From positions 128,410-192,409 of the forward strand of contig JBMORP010000006.1 of NCBI GenBank assembly GCA_049322655.1: 64,000 bases of DNA. Reading direction: 5' to 3'. Origin of the DNA: Patescibacteria group bacterium (GTDB taxonomy: Bacteria > Patescibacteriota > Microgenomatia > UBA1400 > PJMF01). Positions 19,729 to 30,429 of this stretch are shown piece after piece (within the stretch, counting starts at the first letter, position 1; each line of letters starts with the position of its first letter). A program made the position numbers and the translations under genes. The notes beneath the pieces are model-generated. The model had not been told where the DNA came from, ran no database searches, and saw only the letters and a program-made list of their open reading frames with translations.

Positions 19729-20517
19729 TTACTTTAACAACCTATACATATGAATAATAATTGCATTATGAAACTTTTGTAAATTTAATAATAATTTATT
19801 TTTGGTAAATTTCTTAACAACAGAATATTGTTCAGCAAATTGATTTTTAAACTGAGAAGCACCTTTTGAGTTTTTATGAATTCTAAAGGCGGCTATTGGT
19901 TCAGTCATGATTTCTGGTTTACCAATTTTATTTAATAATCTCAGCCAATATTCATAGTCCATCACATAGTGAAGACTAGCATTAAATAAGCCTGTTTTAA
20001 TCACCTCAGAAGCTCTGATAAACACACTTGGCTGTGGAATAGGATTGAGAATACTTAAAACAGGTTTTGAGATAAACCAACGCCAAAACTGTTTATAGAG
20101 TCTAATGGGTTGTTGAATTTCATGATTGTTTTCATTAAAAATCACACAATCACCTACCAGCCATTTTACATTCTTATTTTTTTCAAAAACTTGTTGAACT
20201 TTTTTCAGTGCATCAGATAAATAATAGTCATCTGAATTAAGATAGGCAAAAATTATTTGATTAGGATCTTTATGATTCTCTTTTAGCCACGTTTCTAGTT
20301 TTCTAATACCTTTATTGATTGCATCAGCCTGACCTTTGTCTGGTTTTGACTCAAAATAAATATCTTTTTGGTTAGTAAGTAGTTCTTTACTTCCATCATT
20401 AGAACCACCATCAAATACCCAATGATTAACCTTAACTGATTGTTGCTTAACACTTGTTAAAGTTTGTTTGAGAAACTTTTTTTGATTAAAAGATGGAGTA
20501 ATAATTACAAACTCCAT
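19729..20517 (-). CDS. GT2 glycosyltransferase (WcaE-like)
   Basis: ITPSFNQ, DGGSNDGS, GQADAINKG, YLNSDD, MDYEYWLR. Confidence 0.88.
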   Translation of the reverse strand: MEFVIITPSFNQKKFLKQTLTSVKQQSVKVNHWVFDGGSNDGSKELLTNQKDIYFESKPDKGQADAINKGIRKLETWLKENHKDPNQIIFAYLNSDDYYLSDALKKVQQVFEKNKNVKWLVGDCVIFNENNHEIQQPIRLYKQFWRWFISKPVLSILNPIPQPSVFIRASEVIKTGLFNASLHYVMDYEYWLRLLNKIGKPEIMTEPIAAFRIHKNSKGASQFKNQFAEQYSVVKKFTKNKLLLNLQKFHNAIIIHMYRLLK

Positions 20518-20525
20518 ATAAACTC

Positions 20526-20870
20526 CTATATTTTTTTAGGTTTTTTAAGAACGTTTTTAATAGCGTGGTCACGAACAAATTGCTCAATTTTTTTATTAGC
20601 TACTCGTTGAGTAAAGTTATTCCAAATTACTACTATAGTTAAAAGCATTAATGCTCCAACGGTTAACAAATCAAAAACTCTAGAAAATCTTAAAAACTGA
20701 GTGATTCCCATTAATAACTCTGGAAAGAGAGCAATTACTACAAAGACAATCCACAATGAATACCAAAAGAATTTCTCAGCTATAGAAAATTTAATTTGTT
20801 TATCATGAATTCTTGTCACATAAAGCATGAACAGAGCAAAAAAAGTGGCAATAATTTGAAATATACTCAT
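20526..20870 (-). CDS. DUF2304 small membrane protein (GacJ/Rv3632-like activator)
   Basis: 114 aa, three TM segments, ALFP...FSRVFDL, C-terminal EQFVRDHAI; immediately downstream of a DPM1-like GT2. Confidence 0.78.
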   Translation of the reverse strand: MSIFQIIATFFALFMLYVTRIHDKQIKFSIAEKFFWYSLWIVFVVIALFPELLMGITQFLRFSRVFDLLTVGALMLLTIVVIWNNFTQRVANKKIEQFVRDHAIKNVLKKPKKI

Positions 20871-21550
20871 ATACCCAGTCTCAATAACATTATTTTTCCT
20901 ACTATTTTAATTGCATCCAAGATATTCATGCCTCGATCCATGTCATGATAAATAGTCTCTATCGATACCAGAGAAAAGTCAAGTTTTTTCTTAGTAATAT
21001 TGGCTGCTATTTCCAGTTCCACACTATAATCATTGGCTTCCCACTTAATTTGTTTATAGGTTTTTTTGGTAAAAGCCTTATATCCAGACAAAATATCTGG
21101 AATATAACGGAAAAAAAGCAAGACCATGATAGCTGAAGTAAAAGCATTGCCAACCTTTCTAATTAAAGGCATGGAACCAAATAAAGACCTGGCCCCTAAG
21201 ACCAGCTGTGAACCTTCTTCGAGTCTTTTTCTAAATAGAGGAATTTCTTCTGCATCATGTTGATCATCACCATCCATCATAATAATGGCTTCAGCTCCCA
21301 ACTGGTAGAAAGCATAATCACAACCTGTTTGTAAAGCACCTCCTTTACCCAAATTAATTTCATGTCTTAAAACATGAATGGGAAATTGTTTAGCTATCTC
21401 TGAGCTACTATCATTTGAACCATCATCAACATAGATAACATTGGTTGTTTTTTTAGTAACTTTTTTGAGAACAGAAGCCAGATATTTTTCTTCGTTAAAT
21501 CCCGGAATCACAATCCAAGTTTTGGAAAAAATATTCTGATTTTTAACCAT
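20867..21550 (-). CDS. Polyprenyl-phosphate glycosyltransferase (DPM1-like GT2, GacI/PpgS-type)
   Basis: IPGFNEE, DDGSND, NLGKGGAL, MDGDDQH, DILSGYKA. Confidence 0.85.
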   Translation of the reverse strand: MVKNQNIFSKTWIVIPGFNEEKYLASVLKKVTKKTTNVIYVDDGSNDSSSEIAKQFPIHVLRHEINLGKGGALQTGCDYAFYQLGAEAIIMMDGDDQHDAEEIPLFRKRLEEGSQLVLGARSLFGSMPLIRKVGNAFTSAIMVLLFFRYIPDILSGYKAFTKKTYKQIKWEANDYSVELEIAANITKKKLDFSLVSIETIYHDMDRGMNILDAIKIVGKIMLLRLGI

Positions 21551-21555
21551 GTTCT

Positions 21556-22473
21556 TTAATTTGCTTTATACCACTCCGCTACTTTTTTCACTCCCTCTGC
21601 AAAACTGACTGTTGGTTCCCAACCTAGCTTTTCTTTGGCTTTTTGGTAACTCAACGAACTTGTCACTTGTTCACCTGGTCTCTCTGGGCCATATTGTTTC
21701 TCCATATCTAGCCCTAGCTCTTTCACCACCGCATCAAACACTTCGTTAGTGCTAATCTCAGTGGTGGTACCGATGTTTAATTCACCCACAAACTCAGTCT
21801 CTAGTGCTAGTAAATTAGCTTTAACCACATCAGCCACATAAACATAATCTCTGGTGTGTGTACCGTCACCATTAATAACTGGAGTTTTGCCAGTCATCAT
21901 CATTTCCGAGAAAATTGCCACGACACCGGACTCACCGTGAGCGTTTTGACGAGGGCCATAGACATTGGAATAGCGCAAAGACACATAAGGAATACCATAA
22001 AGTTCATAGTAGTAGTTCAAATAAAGCTCGCCAGCTCTTTTGGAAATCCCATATGGAGATAAGGGTTGTTCTTTCATGGTTTCAGCAAAAGGCGTTTGTT
22101 TGTTACCATACATCGCCCCACCAGTCGCAGCCATAATCACTTTTTTCACTCCCACATCTTTGGCGGCTTCCATCACATTCAGTAAACCAATCACATTATT
22201 TTCGGCATCAAACTGGGGGTTCTTGACTGAGTAACCCACCTGAATATGAGCCGCATGGTGATTAATTATCTCTGGTTTTTCTGTGCGGATAATTTGTTGA
22301 ATCTTAGCTTGATCAGTGATATCGGCTTTGATGAATTTTGCCTGATCACTGACATAATCAGTTTTACCGGTGGAAAGATTATCCACCACCAGTACTTCAT
22401 GACCAGCTTCCAAATATGCATCAACCACATGAGAACCAATAAAACCGGCTCCACCAGTGACTAAAATTTTCAT
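21556..22473 (-). CDS. NAD-dependent epimerase, UDP-glucose/GlcNAc 4-epimerase-like
   Basis: GGAGFIGSH, DNLSTG, SPYGISK, NVYGPRQ, TRDYVYV. Confidence 0.85.
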   Translation of the reverse strand: MKILVTGGAGFIGSHVVDAYLEAGHEVLVVDNLSTGKTDYVSDQAKFIKADITDQAKIQQIIRTEKPEIINHHAAHIQVGYSVKNPQFDAENNVIGLLNVMEAAKDVGVKKVIMAATGGAMYGNKQTPFAETMKEQPLSPYGISKRAGELYLNYYYELYGIPYVSLRYSNVYGPRQNAHGESGVVAIFSEMMMTGKTPVINGDGTHTRDYVYVADVVKANLLALETEFVGELNIGTTTEISTNEVFDAVVKELGLDMEKQYGPERPGEQVTSSLSYQKAKEKLGWEPTVSFAEGVKKVAEWYKAN

Positions 22474-22498
22474 AAATAACCTTTCGTTTTCTTTTTTC

Positions 22499-23668
22499 TC
22501 AGGCTACCCAATAGCCCTGAATAAACAACAGTGTGTTTATTATAAGCAACAACCCGCTCAAAGCCAGCACCAAGAACCGAGTTGGTTGGTTGTTCAGCCA
22601 ATCAGCCAGTAAATAGTAAAACGGAAAGGCTGCCAAAACATATCTGGGCATACTAGAAAAAGTTCCGGTTAAAGTGGGGACAATTAAGACTAGTAAAGCA
22701 AAGATCAAGTAGGAAGCTTTTACTCGTTTCCAAAACCAAATTAATAAACCAAAAAAACCAATTGAAAAGAAAAATTCTTGGGCATAAGCAAAATATTTCC
22801 AATCTAGTGGGGTAGTAGTCAGAATTTTTAAATAGCGCCAAATGACTTGTGGCAATAAAATTAAGCCTTCTTCTCTACCAGCACCAAACTCACTTTGAAC
22901 ATGAAAGAAATACAGCGGATCAGCAAAGGTGTTATGTAAATAAAGCATGTACCCAGCCAAACCTAATACAGATATTGATAGCTGAACTAATTCTCCCCAA
23001 CCAGCTTTAATTTCTTTGGTGATGTTCTCCATCGTGAGTGGTTTATTTTTACTCAGCCACCACTCCACGATGAGAGCTGGCCAAAGTGCAATGCCAACTA
23101 CCCTAGTGGCTGAGGCCAAAGCACCCATTATCCCAGCCCACCACCATTGTTTATGGTGAGCAAAAATAAAACTGGCTAATACCACAATTAAAAACAAGCT
23201 TTCGTTATATAACGCCCCCAAAAAGAAACTGGTAGGAAAAATTAATAAAATTATGACCGCCCACCAACTAATTGAGCTTGATTTTTGTAAAACTACTTTC
23301 AGTAAATAAAAAAACAACCCACTTAACAACCAAGTCAATAAAAACTGTGATAGCAATGCCATGATGAAAAAATACTGCCCAAAAATAGCTTTTAATAAGC
23401 TCAACATCAAGGGAAAAACCGGAAAAAATGCTTGAATTAGGGCAGTTTCTAGATAGCCCTTACTGGCAATGGTTAAATAATGCACTCCATCAAAGTTGGC
23501 CCACGAATACAACCAGCGCCCTGTCGTCAATTTGGCTAAAATTTCTTTACTGTAAGGAAAACTGGGAGCATAAACTAAAAAATGATCAGCCACTAAAGCT
23601 AGTAGTAATAAAGCTAAACGCCAACTTAACACTAACCAAAATAGTTTTTGCCAAGGGATTTTTTTCAC
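22499..23668 (-). CDS. GT-C mannosyltransferase, PIG-V (GT76)-like
   Basis: WANFDGVHYLTIASKGY, AFFP, YNESLF, ATRVVG, SMPRY; polytopic. Confidence 0.75.
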   Translation of the reverse strand: MKKIPWQKLFWLVLSWRLALLLLALVADHFLVYAPSFPYSKEILAKLTTGRWLYSWANFDGVHYLTIASKGYLETALIQAFFPVFPLMLSLLKAIFGQYFFIMALLSQFLLTWLLSGLFFYLLKVVLQKSSSISWWAVIILLIFPTSFFLGALYNESLFLIVVLASFIFAHHKQWWWAGIMGALASATRVVGIALWPALIVEWWLSKNKPLTMENITKEIKAGWGELVQLSISVLGLAGYMLYLHNTFADPLYFFHVQSEFGAGREEGLILLPQVIWRYLKILTTTPLDWKYFAYAQEFFFSIGFFGLLIWFWKRVKASYLIFALLVLIVPTLTGTFSSMPRYVLAAFPFYYLLADWLNNQPTRFLVLALSGLLLIINTLLFIQGYWVA

Positions 23669-25308
23669 TATTTTTTCTTCAAGTTAACTACTTCATGCAC
23701 TGCTAACCACAAAAAAATACTACCAGCAATAATACTTACCGCATTACCCAATCTTCTGGGCCAAGTTCTTTGGGTAAACTGACTTTTAACTTGATAGTCA
23801 CCTGGTTCCAACCAATAACCAATTCTACCATCAGTCTCGGTCGGCTCAGCATAATCGATTAGCTGATCATTAAGCTCGGTTTGCCAACCTACAAAATACA
23901 TAGTTGGTTCCACAATCAAGGCTTTGGCTGTAACTGTCAAAGTATATTGTCTGTTAGTTCCTGTCCAATGCTGTACTTGGTAGTCAGCCTGGCCTTGTAG
24001 CACTCTAGGTGCTGCTGACCAATCAGCAATATTTTGATAAGTAAAGGTTTTAGGTAGATTTTCATTGGCAGTGGTCGTGCTTTGAGCAAATAAATCATAA
24101 TCCAAGGTAGTTTTATGCAAGTAGTCAGCTGGTTGAAATCTCATTACCATCAACAACTGACTGCCTAAAATCACGATCAATAAATACTTGAAAATCCTCT
24201 GGTAAGCAACTAATTCTGCCAAAAGTGGCAGCACTAAAACAATTAAAAACAAACTTAACCGCCAAGGAAACTGAATAAATTGGACTAGCGGCAGACTCTT
24301 CCACAAAGCTAGAGAAAACTCTGTTTGTAAAAACACTAATCCCCAACTCAATAACACAGCCAACCATAAATATTTTTTCTTCAAGGTTTTGGCTTTGATT
24401 TTGCTAGCCAAAATCGTTCCCAAAACTAAAGCAACTAAGCCACTCCAACCAATTGCCAAACTCATGGTATCAACTGGACTAATCAGCGAAAAGCCAAATT
24501 GTAGGGGAGAGCTAATTAGTTGTAAAACGCTAGGGAAGTGGTTAACAAATTGATTTGACAAACCAGCCTCATCCAAAATAATTTGGTTTTTCTCTAGTAA
24601 GGCCGGTAACCAAAACCACAAGCTCAGAGCCAAGGCCAAACCTCCTCGCCATAACAGTCTGCTCCAGACTACCCTATTATTTTGCAAAATTACCCAGCTA
24701 TAGATCAACCAGATGATGCCACCAAATAACACCGAGATGTTGTGAGATAACAAGAAAGCGGTCATCAAGCTGGTACTAACCAGATAAGGCAAGTAAGACT
24801 CTTTTTTAATTTGCAGGGTCAACCATAACAACCACGGAAACAAAGCTAAGGCCCAAGCCTCACCAATATTGCCTCGCACATAAATCAGATTGACTGTAAA
24901 AGGAGCCAGTAAAAAACTAGCCACTGCCAAGAACCTACCCTGCTTATTCCCTAGCCGCAGTTCTTTTAACCATGACCAAACTCCCCAACTACCCAATAAT
25001 AAAGCCGTTATCATCAATAATTTAAAAGTTAGTTCATAGGAGATACCTAAAACACTAAACGGCAACGACAAAATATTGGCCAGTGGGTAATTATAGTTAA
25101 AAACAGGATAACCATAGTGATTATTAAGATTCGGCGCAAATCTGGGTGGTAGTTGGCCTTCTTTTAGAGCAATTTTATAATTAGCAAATCTAGCTAAGTG
25201 ATTTTCTCCATCGTGAGTATAAGGCACCCCAACTTGAAAATATGGTTTTATCACTGCCCATAAGGGCAAGCCAACCATGAGTAAGATCGGTAATAATAAT
25301 TTTTTCAT
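23668..25308 (-). CDS. YfhO/'PTPS-related' polytopic membrane protein (putative GT-C)
   Basis: THDGENH, PPRFA..YGYPVFNYNYPL, RGNIGE, LSHN, QFPWRL, YFVGW, terminal TM. Confidence 0.7.
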   Translation of the reverse strand: MKKLLLPILLMVGLPLWAVIKPYFQVGVPYTHDGENHLARFANYKIALKEGQLPPRFAPNLNNHYGYPVFNYNYPLANILSLPFSVLGISYELTFKLLMITALLLGSWGVWSWLKELRLGNKQGRFLAVASFLLAPFTVNLIYVRGNIGEAWALALFPWLLWLTLQIKKESYLPYLVSTSLMTAFLLSHNISVLFGGIIWLIYSWVILQNNRVVWSRLLWRGGLALALSLWFWLPALLEKNQIILDEAGLSNQFVNHFPSVLQLISSPLQFGFSLISPVDTMSLAIGWSGLVALVLGTILASKIKAKTLKKKYLWLAVLLSWGLVFLQTEFSLALWKSLPLVQFIQFPWRLSLFLIVLVLPLLAELVAYQRIFKYLLIVILGSQLLMVMRFQPADYLHKTTLDYDLFAQSTTTANENLPKTFTYQNIADWSAAPRVLQGQADYQVQHWTGTNRQYTLTVTAKALIVEPTMYFVGWQTELNDQLIDYAEPTETDGRIGYWLEPGDYQVKSQFTQRTWPRRLGNAVSIIAGSIFLWLAVHEVVNLKKK

Positions 25309-25309
25309 T

Positions 25310-26353
25310 TTATTTTGTTAACAGGGACTGGTAAACCTGGAGTGTTTCTTCGGCCGTTTTTTCCCAGGTAAACTGCTGTTCCCAGTGACTTGCTTCTTTA
25401 ATCACTTTGTTTCTTTGTGCTTCAGTCATAGCCAGAACCAGTTCAATTTTTTCAGCAAATGATTCTGCCTCTGGGCTACTATAAATCACTACTTCTCCAC
25501 CCACTTCTTTGAGCGAAGAATTCTTGGCGCTAATTACTGGTGTTTGGCAGCGCATTGCTTCCAGTAGTGGCAAACCAAAGCCTTCATATAATGAGGGTTG
25601 GACATAAACCAAGGCTCCAGAATAAAGCGCCGACAAAGTCGCATAATCATCGGTCAAAATATCTGAGACAAAATGAACTCGGTCAGTCACATCGCTCAAG
25701 GCAATTTGGGTCGTGATTGCTTGCCATTCAGGAATTTCTTGTTCAACAAAATTTTTACCAACACACACTAAATGAACATGTCTAGGTAAATATTTCAGGG
25801 CTTTAATTAGTTGGGGAACATTTTTATTATAATTAATATCACCAACATACAAAACATAAGTCTTGGGCAAATTTAACTGCTTGCGCACCTGATCTGCATA
25901 GCTTTCCGTGGTCGGTTGTAAAAAGGGATTGGCTGCCAAATAAACAACATGAACTTTTTCGGCTGGCACCCCCAAATGAAAAACTAAATCTTTTTTGGAA
26001 GCTTGGGAATCAGTCAAGATAGCCGCTACTTTTCTCAAAGCCAATTTCTGTCTCATAAAATTCAGTGAGCCTCTTTTACCAGGAGGGTACTGTTTGGGAA
26101 ACAACAATGGAATCACATCATGAATCGTTACTACGGTTTTACCTTTATTTAAAAAAGGTAAGGTGGGAAAAAACAGATCAAAAAAAGGATAATGAGTAAT
26201 ATCTGGATTTTTAATTTCATTTAAGCCAGACCGATAAACCTCCAATTGGTTATTTTTTTCTAAAGCTGCGGTAAGAAATCTGGTGTACATCCCTACGCCT
26301 CTGACTGCATGACCAGAAGACAACGGTTGAACATTAATTAAAACTTTCATCAT
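25310..26353 (-). CDS. GT4 glycosyltransferase (MtfB-like)
   Basis: RGVGMY, VTIHDVIP, YNKN, PSLYEGFGLPLLEAM. Start at the ATG overlapping the upstream stop. Confidence 0.9.
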   Translation of the reverse strand: MMKVLINVQPLSSGHAVRGVGMYTRFLTAALEKNNQLEVYRSGLNEIKNPDITHYPFFDLFFPTLPFLNKGKTVVTIHDVIPLLFPKQYPPGKRGSLNFMRQKLALRKVAAILTDSQASKKDLVFHLGVPAEKVHVVYLAANPFLQPTTESYADQVRKQLNLPKTYVLYVGDINYNKNVPQLIKALKYLPRHVHLVCVGKNFVEQEIPEWQAITTQIALSDVTDRVHFVSDILTDDYATLSALYSGALVYVQPSLYEGFGLPLLEAMRCQTPVISAKNSSLKEVGGEVVIYSSPEAESFAEKIELVLAMTEAQRNKVIKEASHWEQQFTWEKTAEETLQVYQSLLTK

Positions 26354-27123
26354 GATTGTTGCTGGAGCTCCCACAGCTTCAGATAGGCAATACTAAAGTG
26401 TAAACCACTCATCAAAGCAAACACCAACCCGGGATAACCATCAACATAGCCACGATGTCGGAAATAAAGTTTGGCAAAAGTCCAAACTGGCAACCAACCC
26501 AGGTAATATAGACTACCCAAAAAATTAACTTTTTTGCCTTGTTCAGCCCATTGTTGAGCTTTAAAAGAAGTATAGGTGTTGAACTTACGCATATAGTCAG
26601 CAAAACTTGGGTTAGAGTAATGAAGTAAATGCCCTTCAGCCCAACCAATTTCACCAGCAACTACCATTTGTTCATGTACATCTTGCTGCGGTAACTTGGC
26701 ATGGCCAGCCAAGTATAACCTGATCACTGCATCAGGATATTGGCCGCCCTTCGTGAGCCACTTACCCAAAAATAAATTTTTACGGGCAAGCCACCAAGCC
26801 GATGCTTTGAGTGTATCTCGTTTAGCAATGTTTAAAATAAATTTTTTTAAAGTTGAATCAACCACTTCATCTGCATCTAACTGTAAAATTAGTTGACCAG
26901 TGGCCGCATCCATCGCCTGCTGTTTATTGATATGGAAATTAGCTTTATTAGTGGTTTTAATGACTTTAGCCTGATACTCATTTTGGGCTATGTCACGAGT
27001 AGCATCACTGGAACTACCATCCACCACCACGATCTCATCCACCCAACCTTGAACAGAATCTAAACATTGCCTGATGTTTTTTTCTTCATTAAATGTAGCC
27101 AAGACAACCGAGATCTTTTTCAT
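26350..27123 (-). CDS. GT2 beta-glycosyltransferase (KdtX/LgtF-like)
   Basis: ATFNEE, DEIVVVDGSSSD, LDADE, GGQYPD, VHE. Start at ATG 27123. Confidence 0.85.
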   Translation of the reverse strand: MKKISVVLATFNEEKNIRQCLDSVQGWVDEIVVVDGSSSDATRDIAQNEYQAKVIKTTNKANFHINKQQAMDAATGQLILQLDADEVVDSTLKKFILNIAKRDTLKASAWWLARKNLFLGKWLTKGGQYPDAVIRLYLAGHAKLPQQDVHEQMVVAGEIGWAEGHLLHYSNPSFADYMRKFNTYTSFKAQQWAEQGKKVNFLGSLYYLGWLPVWTFAKLYFRHRGYVDGYPGLVFALMSGLHFSIAYLKLWELQQQS

Positions 27124-27124
27124 A

Positions 27125-28723
27125 TTAATAACCAGTAATCTTCCAGCCCTTTCCATGCCATTCTAACAACACTTTCTCACTAGCAGCCCGATCAGCAGGT
27201 TGAGCAATAAAGTGATAGTGAGTCACTCGTTCACCATAGCGAAAACCAATTTGATTGGGAAGCTGTCTGACATTGGTTGCAAAATATTCTTCAGGAGAAA
27301 TTCGCAAATACCAAGCGGTCAAAATATAAAGATAACCATCTGGATCAACTACCGCAATATTAGCATTGGGAGCTGTTTTTTCGATTAACTGCACCATCCC
27401 AGCATAACCAGGTTGAAAAGTAAGTTGATTCTGTGGATAAACAATAAATAGTTGTTGCAAATGCCATAAAGTTTCTACCCAAATAATCAAACTCAACATT
27501 AACCAGAAAATCGTTTTGCTGGGCCAAAACTTTTGTTCAACCAACCAAGCTAAACCTTTAACGGCCCACAACACCCAGAAAATAAAAAAGAGTAAACTTC
27601 TGGTAGTATGAGGCGCATCTACCGTAATCACTGCCGGAGCCAAAGTCGCTATAAATAAAAATAAATTAGCCAGCTCGGTTCTAGCTGCTGGAGCCAAGTT
27701 TTGCAAAAGCAGGCTTTTTTGCCAACCAGTTTGCCACAGTTTTTTAATAGTCAAAACCAACCCCAGCCAACCCAAACTATAAATTAAAAATGTTAAATGT
27801 CCCCAAGTAGTCAAACTGTGCCAGGGGTGGCTATCGCCGTTGGTCACCAAAAACTGCGGGGTAAATGATTGCCAAAACCTGGTCCAAATTAAACCAAGCC
27901 AATAAACATATTTGCTGCCCAATAACCATAGCCAGCGAGAATCTAGTGCTTCACGATAAGCAATCCAGTCACTCCACACAGTCTCATCAGTAAAAATCGT
28001 AATGCCACTTTTCTGCCCAGTCAAAGGAATAAAAACCTTGGCCCCTAGAATAAAAATGATGCCCATAGCAAGGATTAACCACCAGGTTTGTTTTTGTTGA
28101 GTTGAGTTTTTACGAGGAAATAACAAATAAACATAAATCAGCAAAAACGGTAACAACAACCAAGGGGTATTATAGGTAAAGATCGCCAAAACCAAACAAA
28201 TTAATAACCAAACAAACTTCCTACTAGACCACTTTTGACTTAACAAAGTGATTAACCATAAAGCTGTCACCATCAAACTTAGAGCCAAATTGGCTTCATA
28301 GGCCATTCTAGAGTAAAAAATCGATACAGGTAACAAAGCCACTAACCAAGCTCCCACTAGAGCAAAGGTTTCTTTAATCTTGAGTGACTTAAACCAGCAG
28401 TAGCTCAGCAAAATTAACAATGTCCCCGCAATGACAGAGGGCAAGCGAACAACCCAATCAGCTAAGCCAAAAAGCTTAAATAATGGAATCAATGCCCAGG
28501 CATAACCAGGCAACTTATAGTCACCAAATGACTCCAAAGCCAATGGCCAAACTCTACCCCACTCATCTTGGCCAGTTTCTGCTAATAAATAAGCATTGTA
28601 AGCCAAGCCGGCTTCATCTCGATTCAAAATACTGGGTAACAGCTCAACACGATAGAATCTCAAGGCAAAACCAACCACTAGGGCCAAAATTAAGATCCAA
28701 TGTTGTTTAAGCAGTTTTATCAT
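27125..28723 (-). CDS. ArnT/PMT_2-like GT-C glycosyltransferase (paralog 1)
   Basis: LRFY..NRDEA, ESFGDYKLP, RLPS, SRMAYE, PHTTR; about 12 TM segments. Confidence 0.8.
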   Translation of the reverse strand: MIKLLKQHWILILALVVGFALRFYRVELLPSILNRDEAGLAYNAYLLAETGQDEWGRVWPLALESFGDYKLPGYAWALIPLFKLFGLADWVVRLPSVIAGTLLILLSYCWFKSLKIKETFALVGAWLVALLPVSIFYSRMAYEANLALSLMVTALWLITLLSQKWSSRKFVWLLICLVLAIFTYNTPWLLLPFLLIYVYLLFPRKNSTQQKQTWWLILAMGIIFILGAKVFIPLTGQKSGITIFTDETVWSDWIAYREALDSRWLWLLGSKYVYWLGLIWTRFWQSFTPQFLVTNGDSHPWHSLTTWGHLTFLIYSLGWLGLVLTIKKLWQTGWQKSLLLQNLAPAARTELANLFLFIATLAPAVITVDAPHTTRSLLFFIFWVLWAVKGLAWLVEQKFWPSKTIFWLMLSLIIWVETLWHLQQLFIVYPQNQLTFQPGYAGMVQLIEKTAPNANIAVVDPDGYLYILTAWYLRISPEEYFATNVRQLPNQIGFRYGERVTHYHFIAQPADRAASEKVLLEWHGKGWKITGY

Positions 28724-30405
28724 TTTTCAAAATAAATAATCGCAAATGGAGTTTCACCATCAGCTGTTGTTACTGTTTTATACCAGGTTGGCTTAACTGG
28801 AGACAGAGCTAATTTTTGATCAAGTAACTCTTTTCTCCCAGCAACAATGGTTTTTGGTTCCATGGTAGTTACTTTTTGCCAATCAAAAGGTGCAAAAACA
28901 ATTTGCCCAATCCTCTTTGGTACATAATTATTAAACTCTATCTCAGAAAAATCAGCCACTGACGTCTCATAACCCAAGACCCATAAGTGGAAACGACTAT
29001 CAAACGGTTCCACCCAGATTGTGTCTTTACCCTCTTTTTCTGCAGCGATTAACTCTGCTACTTGTTGATAACCAGCTTGCCAACTGCTGGCAGATTCAGC
29101 TGGATAAACTTTAAATAAATAACTAGCAAAGTTCACCACCACCAAACTAGTCATGATAATCAAACCAGTTTTGAACAACCACTTAACTCTAACAATAACC
29201 CTAAGATGATTTAAATCATTAAGCAACTGATAACTTCCCCAAGCTAACACTATGGTTAGCGGAACTAAAGCATTAAGTGATCTCAAAGCGTGAGGGGTTG
29301 ATTCTGGGACTGAAGCAGGTAATAAAGCCAGCAACCACCAGACTAATAACACCACACCTTGTCTCCAGTAATTAGGGAATAATTTATACCAACCATAAAT
29401 GAAACTCGGTAAAAAAATCCATAAGAATAAACCATGCTGGCCAGTCCCATGCCGTAGATTGGGGTCACCAGTCAAAAATAGGAAATCAATTGACATATTA
29501 TCAGCATAGTTTCGAGCCAACTCACGAGCCATTAATAAATAAGGATGGTAAGTCACTTTATCCAATAATTGATTGCCAGCCAAAAGCTTGTATTGATTGC
29601 TTTCGACAGGCCAATCTTTCATGTTCAAGACAGAAGTAGTGCTCAATCTAAACTGGTTGCTCACGGCATAAAGTGGTGAATTATACATTGGCTGTAAACT
29701 GATGAAGTAAATCAGCAAAGGTAGACCAATAAAACCAAAGATCATCTTAAGATTAGCTAAAAGTGATCTTCTTTTGCCAAAATCTAACACAAACAATAAA
29801 CTTAAGCTAATAAAGAGCACCGGCCAAATAAACCTAACTGAAAAATAAGTATAAGTCGCTACTGCTCCCAGGATTGAAGCCAGCACTCTCCACTCTCCCC
29901 AACGTTGTTTTTTAAGCACCAGCCAAACACTCACCGTAAGTAAAAATTGAGCCACATGCCCCTCAAAAGCTGTCCTAGAAAACAGAATCGACCAGGGAGC
30001 CACGGCAATCATCAACATCGCCAAAACACCCAACCAATTCTTAACTCTTTGACTTTGTTTAGCAAACAAATTACCAATAATTAGGCCAGCAAAAATCATT
30101 GTGCCCAAACCAGCCAAAGCACTCGGCAATCTCAAGGCCCATTCACTAGCCCCAAATAACTTCACACTCAAACTAGCCAACCAAATATAGACTGGTAGTT
30201 TATAGTCTCCATAAGACGGAAAAATCGCTTGCCACATTGAGTTGCCATGCATATCATGTCCAGTCTCAGCCACTGCTCTGGCATCCACTAACATCGCTAT
30301 TTCATCCCAATATAAAGCTACTGGCACGGCACCTAGTTGATAAAATCTGAAAAAAACAGCCACCAGGAAAACAAGCAAACTTAGTAACATCGGCCATTTT
30401 TTCAT
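28720..30405 (-). CDS. ArnT/PMT_2-like GT-C glycosyltransferase (paralog 2)
   Basis: YWDEIA, PSYGDYKLP, RLPS, SRTAFE, GDPNLRH, PHALR. Confidence 0.8.
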   Translation of the reverse strand: MKKWPMLLSLLVFLVAVFFRFYQLGAVPVALYWDEIAMLVDARAVAETGHDMHGNSMWQAIFPSYGDYKLPVYIWLASLSVKLFGASEWALRLPSALAGLGTMIFAGLIIGNLFAKQSQRVKNWLGVLAMLMIAVAPWSILFSRTAFEGHVAQFLLTVSVWLVLKKQRWGEWRVLASILGAVATYTYFSVRFIWPVLFISLSLLFVLDFGKRRSLLANLKMIFGFIGLPLLIYFISLQPMYNSPLYAVSNQFRLSTTSVLNMKDWPVESNQYKLLAGNQLLDKVTYHPYLLMARELARNYADNMSIDFLFLTGDPNLRHGTGQHGLFLWIFLPSFIYGWYKLFPNYWRQGVVLLVWWLLALLPASVPESTPHALRSLNALVPLTIVLAWGSYQLLNDLNHLRVIVRVKWLFKTGLIIMTSLVVVNFASYLFKVYPAESASSWQAGYQQVAELIAAEKEGKDTIWVEPFDSRFHLWVLGYETSVADFSEIEFNNYVPKRIGQIVFAPFDWQKVTTMEPKTIVAGRKELLDQKLALSPVKPTWYKTVTTADGETPFAIIYFEK

Positions 30406-30420
30406 AACTATATGGTAACA
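30406..30420 (-). promoter_or_regulatory. Putative extended -10 promoter (TGnTACCAT), leaderless start
   Basis: Minus strand reads TGT-TACCAT-atagtt-ATG, i.e. 6 nt to the start at 30405, with no SD. Confidence 0.45.
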
Positions 30421-30429
30421 AAATCTAGC

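Noticed and set aside
23668-25308. 6-pyruvoyl-tetrahydropterin synthase activity
   Set aside because: This is a polytopic membrane protein without the T-fold Cys/His motifs; the 'PTPS-related' family name is misleading.
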